Assembly (NCBI GenBank): GCA_036507075.1
Contig: DASXQR010000083.1
Span: forward strand, 1 to 64,000
Length of the DNA stretch: 64,000 nucleotides
DNA from: Acidobacteriota bacterium
Lineage (GTDB): Bacteria; Acidobacteriota; UBA6911; JACQSX01
Direction: 5' to 3'
A program made the translations under genes and the position numbers. Shown here piece by piece: positions 21,691 through 31,158 of the stretch; the first letter of the stretch is position 1; the number at the start of each line of letters is the position of its first letter. The notes under the pieces were generated by a model. It saw only the letters and a program-made list of their open reading frames with translations. It had not been told where the DNA came from and made no database searches.

Positions 21691-22242
21691 TTACTTCTTG
21701 GGGGGAGCTGCGGCTACGGGATTCTTGACATCGTAAAGCTTGATCAACTGATCCGTCAAATCGCCGGCGGGAGCCACAAAGGCAAACATGCCTTCCTGCG
21801 CCACCATGATCACCAGGTACCCGTTATCCTGCGCGTATTGCTGAATGACCTGCTGCATTTTGGTTCCCAGCCGGTTCAGAATTGTCTGGCGGCGCTGATT
21901 CAATTCCTGGTTGAGATCCTCCTGTTGCCTGCGCAGTCTGGTTTCCCCTTCCTGAATTTGGCGCTCGGTATCGGCGCGCGCGTCCGCAGACATCTTTAAC
22001 TGCTCCTGCATGTAGCGGTTGCGCCGGCTGTTGTAATCCACTTCCTGTTTCTTCAGATTTTCATTCTGCTCGTTGACCCAGATCTGAACCTGGGCAAAGT
22101 CTCGCTGGCCTTCGGCGCTCTCGGCCAAGGCCCGCGCCAGATCGATTACGCCGATTTTTGTGAGGGCGGGTTTGGCCGGCTGCTGAGCCATCGCCGCAGC
22201 CGGCATGAGCAACGCAATCAGAACGAAAGACAGCTTTTTCAT
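21691..22242 (-). CDS. skp: OmpH/Skp outer-membrane protein chaperone
   Basis: Signal peptide, KIGVIDL, coiled coil and DLTDQLIK. Confidence 0.85.
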   Translation of the reverse strand: MKKLSFVLIALLMPAAAMAQQPAKPALTKIGVIDLARALAESAEGQRDFAQVQIWVNEQNENLKKQEVDYNSRRNRYMQEQLKMSADARADTERQIQEGETRLRRQQEDLNQELNQRRQTILNRLGTKMQQVIQQYAQDNGYLVIMVAQEGMFAFVAPAGDLTDQLIKLYDVKNPVAAAPPKK

Positions 22243-22309
22243 TGTTTATAACCTCATGAAGATCGAGTTTGGGCCACTTCGCGATGCGAGGCGCTGCAAA
22301 GCAGCGCTA

Positions 22310-22429
22310 CAGTACCGCGATCCGTAAGGTCGTGGCGCGCCAACCAGTCGAGTCTCATGCCAAGCCACACTGGGTGCCACGTCCAGACCCACCACTCTGG
22401 CTCGCCGCAACCTGACGGATGCGGTACTG
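22310..22429. repeat. Imperfect long inverted repeat (REP-like)
   Basis: CAGTACCGCGATCCGTAAGGTCGTGGCG pairs with CGCCGCAACCTGACGGATGCGGTACTG. Confidence 0.7.
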
Positions 22430-22519
22430 CTGCAGCAGTATCGTTTGTCAGATAAGTCCAAGTTCCAGGGCGCCGCTTCGCTGTGCGTGAATCCGGTAAG
22501 GCCTGGATTCTGCTCGACA

Positions 22520-24112
22520 TTACCGGATTCGGATCTCAAAAGGCAACAGTGCCAGCACCTGTTCCTGCAGAATCCCGGCAATGTCGCGAATCTCTTCAAT
22601 CCAGCCTCTCGCCATGACCCCCGGCGTCATCATCTCGAGAAGCGAAAGTCTGCGGGTGTAAACCACCGTCCGGATTCTTCGCTCTGGAGGAAAATGGCAC
22701 AGCGCCCGAATTTCTTCCACAGCGTCGCGCAATCCTCCAATGCGATCCACCAGTCCGTGGCGATGAGCGCGGTTTCCGCTCCACACGCGACCCTGTGCCA
22801 GTTGCAAAACGCGCTCCTCAGACTGGCCGCGGCTTTGGACCACTTTGGGGACAAAGTGCACACGATAAAACTCCTCCATCTGGCGCCGCACTTTCTCACG
22901 TTCGGTGGCGGAAAACGGCTGCAATGGCGAGGAGATCGCTGCGTTTGCGGCATTCGACAGAGAATCAATATGAATCCGCAGCTTTTCAATCAGGTCCCGG
23001 ACCACGAATTTTCCGGCGATGACACCGATCGAGCCGGTGATGGTTGCCCGTTGAGCAAGAATTTTCTTTGCCGCAGTGGCAATGTAATAACCGCCCGAAG
23101 CCGCAACGTCTCCCATGGAAACCACCACCGGCTTCTTTTCCGATGTGAGCTGCACTTCCCGCCACAGTATGTCGGATGCGACGGCGGAGCCTCCCGGGCT
23201 GTTCACTCTGAGGACCACTCCCCGAATCCTTTTTCTCTTCCGGGCGTCCGCCAGAAACTGGGCTATCGTCTCCGACCCGCAGACCAGTCGCTGCCCGCCG
23301 CCACGACGACTCTTGCCTCCGGCAATCATTCCTTCGGCGACTACCAGCGCAACCTGGGGGCGCCGGTAAGTGAACAATCGTTTCCAGAAACCGTCTCCCA
23401 CGCGATAACGGGACAGCTCGCGTCGGGTCAGTTTTGACGCCTCCATCCTGGATATCGCCTGGTCCTCGAACAAAACATCGTCCAGCAGGCCAAGCTCTTT
23501 CGCCTCGCAGGCGCTGTAGGGACCGTTATTCAGCCAGGCATTCACCTGTTCCCTTGTTTTACGGCGGGAGGCACTGATCCGGTCCACAATCTGGTCCTGC
23601 AAGTCATCGAGAATCGCCTGTGTTTGTTCTTGCTGGGTCTCCGACATTCCCGAGCGCGTGAATATCTCACCGGCAGATTTATACTTTCCGATGTGCAAAA
23701 GATCGGGCTCAACACCGAGCCAGTGCAGCGCGTCCCTGAAGAACAAAAATTCCGCCCGCAGCCCGATCAAATTCAGGTTTCCGGCGGGAGTCATATAAAT
23801 GGAGTCGGCCGCCGAAGCCAGCAAATACTCCTTGTTTCCGGCGCTCTCAAGGTAAGCGGTGACCGGTTTATTATGGCTTCGAAAACTTGAGAGCGCAGCC
23901 ACCACCTCCTCAACCTGAGCCCAACCGATCTCCGGCTGTCTGACGATTAACAGTATGGCGGCAATTCGCTTGTCAACTGCCGCCTGATCGATCGCATCCA
24001 GCAGCATCTTAAGATGAATTCTGCGCTTGCGGGAAAGCAGTGAATACTCCGGAACCGCCTCGGTGACGGCTTCCTTTATTTCAATCTGAAGGAAGTTTTT
24101 CTTTTTGGCCAT
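22520..24112 (-). CDS. sppA: Signal peptide peptidase SppA (67K type)
   Basis: Tandem S49 domains: GKYKSAGE, LRVNSPGGS, SMGDVAASGGY, TGSIGV and QGRVWSG. Confidence 0.93.
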   Translation of the reverse strand: MAKKKNFLQIEIKEAVTEAVPEYSLLSRKRRIHLKMLLDAIDQAAVDKRIAAILLIVRQPEIGWAQVEEVVAALSSFRSHNKPVTAYLESAGNKEYLLASAADSIYMTPAGNLNLIGLRAEFLFFRDALHWLGVEPDLLHIGKYKSAGEIFTRSGMSETQQEQTQAILDDLQDQIVDRISASRRKTREQVNAWLNNGPYSACEAKELGLLDDVLFEDQAISRMEASKLTRRELSRYRVGDGFWKRLFTYRRPQVALVVAEGMIAGGKSRRGGGQRLVCGSETIAQFLADARKRKRIRGVVLRVNSPGGSAVASDILWREVQLTSEKKPVVVSMGDVAASGGYYIATAAKKILAQRATITGSIGVIAGKFVVRDLIEKLRIHIDSLSNAANAAISSPLQPFSATEREKVRRQMEEFYRVHFVPKVVQSRGQSEERVLQLAQGRVWSGNRAHRHGLVDRIGGLRDAVEEIRALCHFPPERRIRTVVYTRRLSLLEMMTPGVMARGWIEEIRDIAGILQEQVLALLPFEIRIR

Positions 24113-24140
24113 TGTTCACAGACAGGGAGATTTTAGCAAA

Positions 24141-24214
24141 AGCCGGAAGGCAGAAGGCAGAAAGCGGAAGCCGGAAGGCAGAAGGCAGAAAGCAGAAAGT
24201 GGAAGGCGGAAGGC
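24141..24214. repeat. Solo heptamer array (GGCAGAA)n
   Basis: About ten degenerate GGCAGAA/GGCGGAA units. Confidence 0.85.
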
Positions 24215-24262
24215 CGTAGTCAGAGTCATTCAGGTAAAAGGCTGGCTTGGTGTCTTGGTGGT

Positions 24263-26512
24263 TCATTTTTTTATCACCGCCCCGGCAATCAGATAAAGCC
24301 CGGCGGCAAGCCAGAGAACCGATGAAAAGCCTGCCTGCATTGCCACTACCACGGCGACTATTGAACCAAGCACTGAAGCCGATCCGTTGAGCGCCCACGC
24401 CCACGCGATCGTTTTTTCATTGACTCTGGCGAGCCCGAGAGGCATCAGTCTGCCCAACAGAACTCCCGTTGCAAGAATCGGAGCCGCCAGCCACAGGATA
24501 CGCAGGCTCAAAGGCCACCCGAGTCCGGCCTTCAGCCAGGAGGACAACAGACAGGCCAACAGCGCCGCCGCCGTCGCCGCCCCCAGCAGCGCGCGACGGG
24601 CAGCCGGTGTCAGATTTTCCCTTTGTGTCTTTCGGGTTGATCGGCTACCCAACCCGGAGCCTACCAGAAGCGCGCATACCACGGTCGCAAATGAATAACT
24701 GGGATGTCCCAAAAACAGGATGCTCTTCTGGACGAGCAACGTTTCGATCATCATGAATGCCAGTCCCAGCGCCAGAAAGTACAACGCCAGGGAGGCGCCG
24801 ATGGATTCATCGCTTCGCGCAAACACCGGCAACATCAGGAACAATGCGGTCAGCAACAGCATCAGGATCAAGAGAACCAGCAGCAGATAAAGGCCGGCGT
24901 TGTTCTTGCGGCTTTCCACGGGAGTGTTCCAGACAGACCAGACATCTTTCCATTTCAACGTAAAGAAGAAAAATGGGCGATCATCGGTGGGTGGGCGGAT
25001 GTTAAAAGGATACGAATCGAAGAACCGGTCAGGATCCTTAGCGCGCGCCAGTGCGCTGAATGCATTCGCGCCGGAAGATCCCGGATCGTACAACACTTGA
25101 AACCCGCGTTCGACGGCGCATTCACGCAGCAGCGAAGCTTCGCCGGAAGTAAATGGCTCCTTCTTTATGAAAATCACAGCGGGTGTGCCTCCTCCCTGGT
25201 GATAGGACGGATCGCTGAGCACGAAGACTCGCCCGGCAGGTTCCGGAATGTGCTCGCGTTTCATAGCTTCAAGGGCGAGGGCCATCACGCGGATCATCTG
25301 CTGCGGCGTGTCAAACTCCCACCGCCCCAGTGTCAGGATGCCGGTCGGGTTCAACCGGTCCAGGTAGGTCTGAAATGCCTCGGTCGTGTAAAGATAACTT
25401 TCGCTCAGGGTCAGCCCGCCGCCTGAGGTGGCGGCCCACGTATCGATGGCGTTTGCCTGGATCACATCAAAATGATCACGAGTGCCCTCGATGTAGTTTC
25501 TGGCATTACTGGTGATGATTTCAACGCCCGGAGAAGTATAAATCCGTCCGGAAAAGTCATAGTACCGTTCAAGCATCAGGTTGCGCACGATGATCGGATT
25601 TATTTCCACTCCGATCACGCTGCTGCCGGCAATCCGGGCGCTCACCACGTCCCGGCCACCGCCCGGGCCGATCACCAGCGCGTGGCTCTTTGGCCGCAGC
25701 CGGTAAACCAGGCCGCTGATTTGATTCAACAGCGTATGTCCTTCCCTTTGAATCCAGCTCACTCCCAGAATTTCGGTGGCAGCGTCCGCATCGATTCGAA
25801 CGAACTTGCGATCTCCCGCGTCCTGAACAGCCACTCGTGAAAACGCATTCCATTTTTCAAACTCCGACGGAGGTTCCAGATTCCCTTTGACATAACGAAG
25901 ATGCAACCACTGTGTCGACCAGCCGGCGATCACCAGCAGGATAATAAAACCCGCGGCGATTATGCGGCGCCGGTGCAGCAGCGCCCCCGGTTGCGCAAGC
26001 GCGCTCAGCACCATCAGGCAGCTCACGACCCAGGGAATAGCCATGGCGCCGATCCGGTCCAGAAGAAAAACAGCGACAGCGCAGCCCGTCGCTCCCCCCA
26101 GCAAGTCGAACGCATAGAGTTGAGGAATCTGCTCTTTCCGTGAAAGGTAAATAAGCGACAGGAAGAGACCGCAAAGAAAGAAGGGAAGGCAGCAGATCAA
26201 CACAATAGCGACCAGTGCCAGCACGCCTGATCCGCTAAGTTGGAGGGGTGAAAAACGTATCCGAAGTATCAGCCCGACGCACAATGGGAATGCCAACGCC
26301 GTTGCCAGCGGCAACCACCCCAGCCAGGCCTCCGTGTTTCGCCTGAGAAAACCCCACAGATAATTGAAGACTCCCCCGGTACCCAATCCGAGAAGCGTCA
26401 ATGACAGCACCAGGAATGCGAAGTGGTACATCATTGTCACGGAAAAGAGCCGGGTAAGGGTGATTTCGGCAATCAATAACGCACAGGTTAATGCCGCAAT
26501 GGCAAGTCGCAT
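24263..26512 (-). CDS. Multi-TM membrane protein with spermidine-synthase-like SAM-binding domain
   Basis: N- and C-terminal TM bundles, LYAFDLLG, LVIGPGGGRDV, GVEINP, YLYTTEAF and WALNGSASV. Confidence 0.85.
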   Translation of the reverse strand: MRLAIAALTCALLIAEITLTRLFSVTMMYHFAFLVLSLTLLGLGTGGVFNYLWGFLRRNTEAWLGWLPLATALAFPLCVGLILRIRFSPLQLSGSGVLALVAIVLICCLPFFLCGLFLSLIYLSRKEQIPQLYAFDLLGGATGCAVAVFLLDRIGAMAIPWVVSCLMVLSALAQPGALLHRRRIIAAGFIILLVIAGWSTQWLHLRYVKGNLEPPSEFEKWNAFSRVAVQDAGDRKFVRIDADAATEILGVSWIQREGHTLLNQISGLVYRLRPKSHALVIGPGGGRDVVSARIAGSSVIGVEINPIIVRNLMLERYYDFSGRIYTSPGVEIITSNARNYIEGTRDHFDVIQANAIDTWAATSGGGLTLSESYLYTTEAFQTYLDRLNPTGILTLGRWEFDTPQQMIRVMALALEAMKREHIPEPAGRVFVLSDPSYHQGGGTPAVIFIKKEPFTSGEASLLRECAVERGFQVLYDPGSSGANAFSALARAKDPDRFFDSYPFNIRPPTDDRPFFFFTLKWKDVWSVWNTPVESRKNNAGLYLLLVLLILMLLLTALFLMLPVFARSDESIGASLALYFLALGLAFMMIETLLVQKSILFLGHPSYSFATVVCALLVGSGLGSRSTRKTQRENLTPAARRALLGAATAAALLACLLSSWLKAGLGWPLSLRILWLAAPILATGVLLGRLMPLGLARVNEKTIAWAWALNGSASVLGSIVAVVVAMQAGFSSVLWLAAGLYLIAGAVIKK

Positions 26513-26535
26513 CGGGAGCTAATACTAATGGCATT

Positions 26536-26621
26536 GGGAAGGGGGGAGGAAGGGTTATGAGGGGAATGAAGGGTTGTGAAGGGGAATGAAGGGGAATGAA
26601 GGGGAATTAGGGGAAGAAAGG
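26536..26621. repeat. Purine-rich ~10-bp tandem repeat (GAAGGGGAAT)n in a divergent promoter region
   Basis: GAGGGGAATGAAGGGTTGTGAAGGGGAATGAAGGGGAATGAAGGGGAATTAGGGGAAG. Confidence 0.85.
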
Positions 26622-26710
26622 AACGTGAAGTTTAGTGGCTTGGTGTGGTCAAAGAGAACTGAACCACCAAGACACCAAGCCCGCGGTGGACTATAATTGA
26701 CCGGAAATCG

Positions 26711-27262
26711 ATGCCCGCATCCAAAATCATCCGTTTTTTTTCGTTTTGGTTTTATCCGCTCGCCGCTGCCGCACTTCTGTATGCTGGGAAGGCGCTAGGG
26801 CTACGTGGCCTCTTTGTTTCCGCAGTCTGGCTGTTTGCTGCTGGTTTGTTGATCTGGACACTGATTGAATATTTTATGCACCGCTTTCTGTTCCATTGGC
26901 ACCCACGCAGCCGGGCGATGCATAAGCTTGTGCACGAGCTCCATCTGGCGCACCATGCCGCGCCTCGCGATCCGGACCGGATTCTGGCCCGACCCGAAGT
27001 GAGTCTTCCGGTTTCGGCCCTGGTTTTCGGAATTCTCTTCGCAGTGACGCGCAGCTTTTTTCCCGCCGCTGTGATCATGGCGGGAATCTGGACGGGCTTT
27101 CTTTATTACGAAGCCATCCACTACCGCCTCCACCGCAGCGCGGCGACCGCTGCATTCCTCGGATACCAGCGTCGCCGCCACTTTCGGCACCACTTTGTGG
27201 CAGAAGACCGGTGCTTTGGAGTGACGACGCCCCTCTGGGACATCATCTTTGGCACCTTCTAG
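26711..27262 (+). CDS. Sterol desaturase / fatty acid hydroxylase family protein
   Basis: His boxes EYFMHRFLFH, HLAHH, HYRLH and HFRHHF, plus FGVTTPLWD. Confidence 0.92.
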   Translation: MPASKIIRFFSFWFYPLAAAALLYAGKALGLRGLFVSAVWLFAAGLLIWTLIEYFMHRFLFHWHPRSRAMHKLVHELHLAHHAAPRDPDRILARPEVSLPVSALVFGILFAVTRSFFPAAVIMAGIWTGFLYYEAIHYRLHRSAATAAFLGYQRRRHFRHHFVAEDRCFGVTTPLWDIIFGTF

Positions 27263-27281
27263 ACTCCACTCACCCCATACT

Positions 27282-27410
27282 CAAATGCGGATTTTGGAAT
27301 GCGGAATGCGGAATAAGGGAGCAATTGGGTCTCAGCTTCGAAGACTTAATTTCGACATATTCCGCATTCCGACATTCTTATTCCGCATTCCGCATTCCGA
27401 AATCCGCATT
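27282..27410. repeat. (GGAATGC)n palindromic element, GCTTCGAAG-core subtype, copy 1 of 2
   Basis: CAAATGCGGATTTTGGAATGCGGAATGCGGAATAA ... TTATTCCGCATTCCGCATTCCGAAATCCGCATTT. Confidence 0.88.
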
Positions 27411-27426
27411 TCTTGAATTGCTCTCA

Positions 27427-28350
27427 ATGAAAAACTGTAAGAAGCCTCGCGCTCTGCTGCCGAACGACAAGATAGCCCTGGTCGCTCCCGCCGCCACCTT
27501 CGACCGGGCGGATTTTGAAAAGGGTGTGGCCACACTTCGCAATCTCGGCTTCAATCCGGTTTATGACGATTCAATTTTCGCAAAACATCTCTACCTGGCC
27601 GGACCGGACCGGCATCGAACAGAACAACTGGTGCGCTACCTGACAGATGACAGCGTGAGAGCCGTGTTCTGCGCCAGAGGGGGTTATGGCTCCACCCGCC
27701 TTCTTCCAGCTCTGAAAGAGTTACGCTGGGAGTCGCCGAAGATACTGATGGGGTGCAGCGATATTACCGCCCTGCTCGCATTCTTCACCTCCGAACAGAA
27801 TTGGGTAACCTTTCACGGACCGATGGTGGCGGGAGATATCGCCGCCACCCGAATCGACGTCGCGCAGTGGGCCGCCTTTCTGGGTGGAGGAAGATTCCCC
27901 GTCCTTCTCCAGTCCCGGGCCGAATGCTGGAAACCGGGTAAAGCACGAGGAGTGCTTTACGGTGGATGCCTTTCGATCCTCTGCAGCCTGCCAGGCACGG
28001 GCTTGAAATGGCAACTGGAGTCCGCCTCGGACCTGATCCTGTTTGTGGAAGATGTCCGATGCCGGGCCTATCAAATTGACCGGATGCTCACGCAATTAAA
28101 GCAGACCGGGCTGTTTGATCGAGTCCGCGGCTTGATATTTGGAGAGATGATCGAGTGCGACGGGAGCCAGAGCTTAAGTTTAAAGTCGGTGGTTCTTGAC
28201 GTTCTATCGTCCTGCACTTTTCCTGTGATGAGCGGATTCCCTTCGGGGCATACGACTGCAGAAAACCTGATTCTGCCGTTTGGAGTCCACGTTGAAATGG
28301 ATGCATCGACCGGCTGCATTAATTTTGAGGAGAGCCCGGTAATCGCCTGA
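27427..28350 (+). CDS. ldcA: LD-carboxypeptidase (peptidase S66)
   Basis: CARGGYG, GCSDIT, FHGPM, LFVED and PSGH. The upstream ORF extension is translated repeat. Confidence 0.9.
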   Translation: MKNCKKPRALLPNDKIALVAPAATFDRADFEKGVATLRNLGFNPVYDDSIFAKHLYLAGPDRHRTEQLVRYLTDDSVRAVFCARGGYGSTRLLPALKELRWESPKILMGCSDITALLAFFTSEQNWVTFHGPMVAGDIAATRIDVAQWAAFLGGGRFPVLLQSRAECWKPGKARGVLYGGCLSILCSLPGTGLKWQLESASDLILFVEDVRCRAYQIDRMLTQLKQTGLFDRVRGLIFGEMIECDGSQSLSLKSVVLDVLSSCTFPVMSGFPSGHTTAENLILPFGVHVEMDASTGCINFEESPVIA

Positions 28351-29840
28351 TGCTGCTGCACAACATCCGCCACGTACATCTGATTGGAATCTGCGGAACA
28401 GCAATGGCGACTCTGGCGGCCATGCTTCAGGAACGGGGGTTTTATGTCACCGGCTCCGACCAGAATGTGTATCCTCCGATGAGCACGTTCCTTCAGGAAC
28501 GCAACATCGCGGTTGCATCTCCCTTCAGCAAGGAAAATCTGATCCCCAAGCCCGACCTTGTGGTGGTGGGAAACGCCATGTCCCGCGGCAATGTCGAGGT
28601 GGAGGCGGTGCTCAATGAAAGGATGAACTACATCTCCTCGGCCGACCTGATGTGCGAGATTTTTATCCGCGGAAAGCAGTCTGCCGTCGTTACTGGAACT
28701 CATGGCAAGACAACAACCACCAGCATTGCGGTCTGGCTGCTGAGTTTCGCCGGACTGGATCCAACTTTCATGGTGGGTGGAATTCCGAAGAATTTCCAGT
28801 CCAGTTACCGGCTTGGGAACAGCGATATTTTTGTGTGCGAAGGAGACGAATACGACACCGCATTTTTCGACAAGACTCCCAAGTTCCTGCATTACCTGCC
28901 GACGTCGGTCATCATCAATAATATCGAGTTCGACCATGCCGATATCTATTCCAGCCTCGACGAGATCGAACTTCAGTTCCGCAGGCTGGTCAACATCATC
29001 CCTGCCAATGGACTGCTTCTCGCCGGAGCCGAGTCGGAACCGGTTGCGCGCGTGATGCAACGGGCGTTTTGCGCGGTCCAGACCTTTGGTTTGGGAGACT
29101 TCTACTGGTCGGCGCGAAATCTGGAGACTTCGATCGACGCGCAGAAAAGCGATTCAAGAACACGTGTAAACGGTGAACCAGCGACCTCGCAATTCGAGGA
29201 GGCACCCGGCATCTCCTTCGATATCTACAAGGAAAACCAGCGATTGGGGCGTGCCACGGTGCCTCTGGTCGGTGAGCACAACGCCCGCAATGCCTTGGCG
29301 GCCGCAGCGCTGGCGTTGAATCTGGGAGTCGGCTTTGACGTGGTTAGTGACGGGCTGAGACGCTTTGCCGGCGTGAAGCGTCGTCTGGATCTGCTGGGAA
29401 CATTTGGGAGGGTGCGGCTCTTTGATGATTTTGCGCACCATCCGACCGCGGTGCGTGAAACTCTGAACGGGCTAAAAATGCTCCACCCGGGCTTGCCCAT
29501 CTATGTCGCATTCGAACCGCGTTCGGCCACCAGCCGCAGGAGGATTTTTCAGCAGGAGTTTGCGCAAAGCCTGTCGCTGGCAGACACGGTCTTGGTCAGT
29601 GATCTGTTTGAAGGCTCAAAAATAGCCGATCAGGATCGACTTGATCCTTCCGTTGTTGTTTCGCATCTAAGACAACTGGGGCGACAGGCCGAAGTTTGTG
29701 CATCACCTGATGGTATTGTGGAATACTTGAAGCAGCGGATCGTCGAACCATCGCTGGTGGTCGTGATGTCCAACGGTGGTTTTGGCGGTATACATCAGAA
29801 ATTGAGCGGGATGCTGGCAGATAGATTCGGGAAGGCATGA
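28350..29840 (+). CDS. mpl: Murein peptide ligase Mpl
   Basis: HLIGICGTAM, YPPMST, GTHGKTTT, EGDEYDTAFFDK, DDFAHHPT and MSNGGFGG. Confidence 0.95.
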   Translation: MLLHNIRHVHLIGICGTAMATLAAMLQERGFYVTGSDQNVYPPMSTFLQERNIAVASPFSKENLIPKPDLVVVGNAMSRGNVEVEAVLNERMNYISSADLMCEIFIRGKQSAVVTGTHGKTTTTSIAVWLLSFAGLDPTFMVGGIPKNFQSSYRLGNSDIFVCEGDEYDTAFFDKTPKFLHYLPTSVIINNIEFDHADIYSSLDEIELQFRRLVNIIPANGLLLAGAESEPVARVMQRAFCAVQTFGLGDFYWSARNLETSIDAQKSDSRTRVNGEPATSQFEEAPGISFDIYKENQRLGRATVPLVGEHNARNALAAAALALNLGVGFDVVSDGLRRFAGVKRRLDLLGTFGRVRLFDDFAHHPTAVRETLNGLKMLHPGLPIYVAFEPRSATSRRRIFQQEFAQSLSLADTVLVSDLFEGSKIADQDRLDPSVVVSHLRQLGRQAEVCASPDGIVEYLKQRIVEPSLVVVMSNGGFGGIHQKLSGMLADRFGKA

Positions 29841-31090
29841 AGCGGAAAATTGATTCAACTCAGGAGCAAAGCCCGGCAAGACGCCGTAACCAAAGAGCCG
29901 TCGACGTCCACGAGCACGAGCACGTCAACGTCTACGATTGCGTTTACGATTTCGCTCGGTTCGTCAAAGACTGTCGTGATCGTGAGACGTGGTCGTTGAC
30001 GTGCACGTGCTCGTGGATGTCGACGGCTTTGAAAGACCTTGCCGGAACAACAAGAAAAGTTGCCAACTTGCTGCACAGAGGAGATCGGAGGCTGCTGCTC
30101 TGCCTGGTCACGGCTTTCTGCCTGTGCATGACCGGAAATCTGCCGGCGCAAAAGCCGGAAAAGCCGGAAAATCCCGCAGACAAACCGGCTTCCCAGGAAC
30201 CCGTCAATCCTCCCCAGGGCTTTCGAATTGGAGTGCGCGTTGATCAGGTTTATCTGAGTGTCAACGTTCGATCGCTTGAAACCGGCGGGTTTGTCCGCGG
30301 CCTGAAGCGCGAAGAATTCCGCATCCTGGAAGACGGAGTTTCGCAGGAAATCACCAACTTCAACAGCGAAGCGGTGCCGGTACACGTGGCTCTGCTGCTG
30401 GATACGAGCGGCAGTGTCCAGGAGGAGCTGGCAGATTTTCGCCGCGCCATTCTGAGTTTTGTCAAAGCTCTCACCAGGGAAGACAAGATCGCGCTCGTCA
30501 CTTTCAGCGACCAGGCCAAGCTGATTCTGAACTGGACATCCGATCCACAAAAGATCGAGCTTGCCGCCAAAAGCGTGTATTCAAAAGGGCGTACGGTCTT
30601 CTACGACGCGCTTTATGTAACCTTTGATGATCTGCTCAAGGACGTTTCCGGTAAAAAAGCGGTGATTGTTTTCACGGATGGAATTGACACGGCGAGCTCG
30701 GTTGATTACCAGCAGGTGCTGCGGCTTGCCGTCAAGTCGGAGGCGATGGTCTACTTTGTCAGCAAGCTGGATCAGTACGCCGCCGGAGCCATCGAGGGAC
30801 GCCTGCTGTATCCTTTTGAGCCTTCGCTCAAAGAAGATTTCATCAATCGCGTGCGCCGCGAGATCGATCATCTGTCCGCGCAGACAGGCGGGGCTGTCCT
30901 GAATTATGCGGCGATGTCGCTGACGGATATTTACGCGCGCGTGGCCGAGGAATTGCGCAATCAATACTACATCGGTTACCAGTCGAGTAACCCTGCCAGA
31001 GACGGCGCCTGGCGCAAGATTGAAATCGATGTCCTGAGGCCCGGAGTGCGCGCCACCACCCGGGCGGGATATTACGCTCCCAATCGCTAG
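29837..31090 (+). CDS. VWA-domain protein (Acidobacterial VWFA-related type); start 29837 or TTG 30068
   Basis: FRILEDG, LLDTSGS (MIDAS), FTDGID, QTGG, ELRNQYYIGY and RAGYYA. A signal-peptide-like stretch starts near 30068. Confidence 0.88.
   Translation: MKRKIDSTQEQSPARRRNQRAVDVHEHEHVNVYDCVYDFARFVKDCRDRETWSLTCTCSWMSTALKDLAGTTRKVANLLHRGDRRLLLCLVTAFCLCMTGNLPAQKPEKPENPADKPASQEPVNPPQGFRIGVRVDQVYLSVNVRSLETGGFVRGLKREEFRILEDGVSQEITNFNSEAVPVHVALLLDTSGSVQEELADFRRAILSFVKALTREDKIALVTFSDQAKLILNWTSDPQKIELAAKSVYSKGRTVFYDALYVTFDDLLKDVSGKKAVIVFTDGIDTASSVDYQQVLRLAVKSEAMVYFVSKLDQYAAGAIEGRLLYPFEPSLKEDFINRVRREIDHLSAQTGGAVLNYAAMSLTDIYARVAEELRNQYYIGYQSSNPARDGAWRKIEIDVLRPGVRATTRAGYYAPNR
29896..30028. repeat. Hexamer-period (CACGAG/CACGTC) inverted repeat with 35-bp arms
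   Basis: 29896-29930 versus 29994-30028: reverse complements with 2 mismatches. Confidence 0.9.
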
Positions 31091-31158
31091 CCTGGATTAG
31101 TTACAAATCTTAACTCGCGGTTAAAGTTGTATGAATAATCCGGGCTAAAATACAAGAT

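Noticed and set aside
31091..31158. glmS ribozyme
   Set aside because: The intergenic gap is only 68 nt and has no recognisable ribozyme core.
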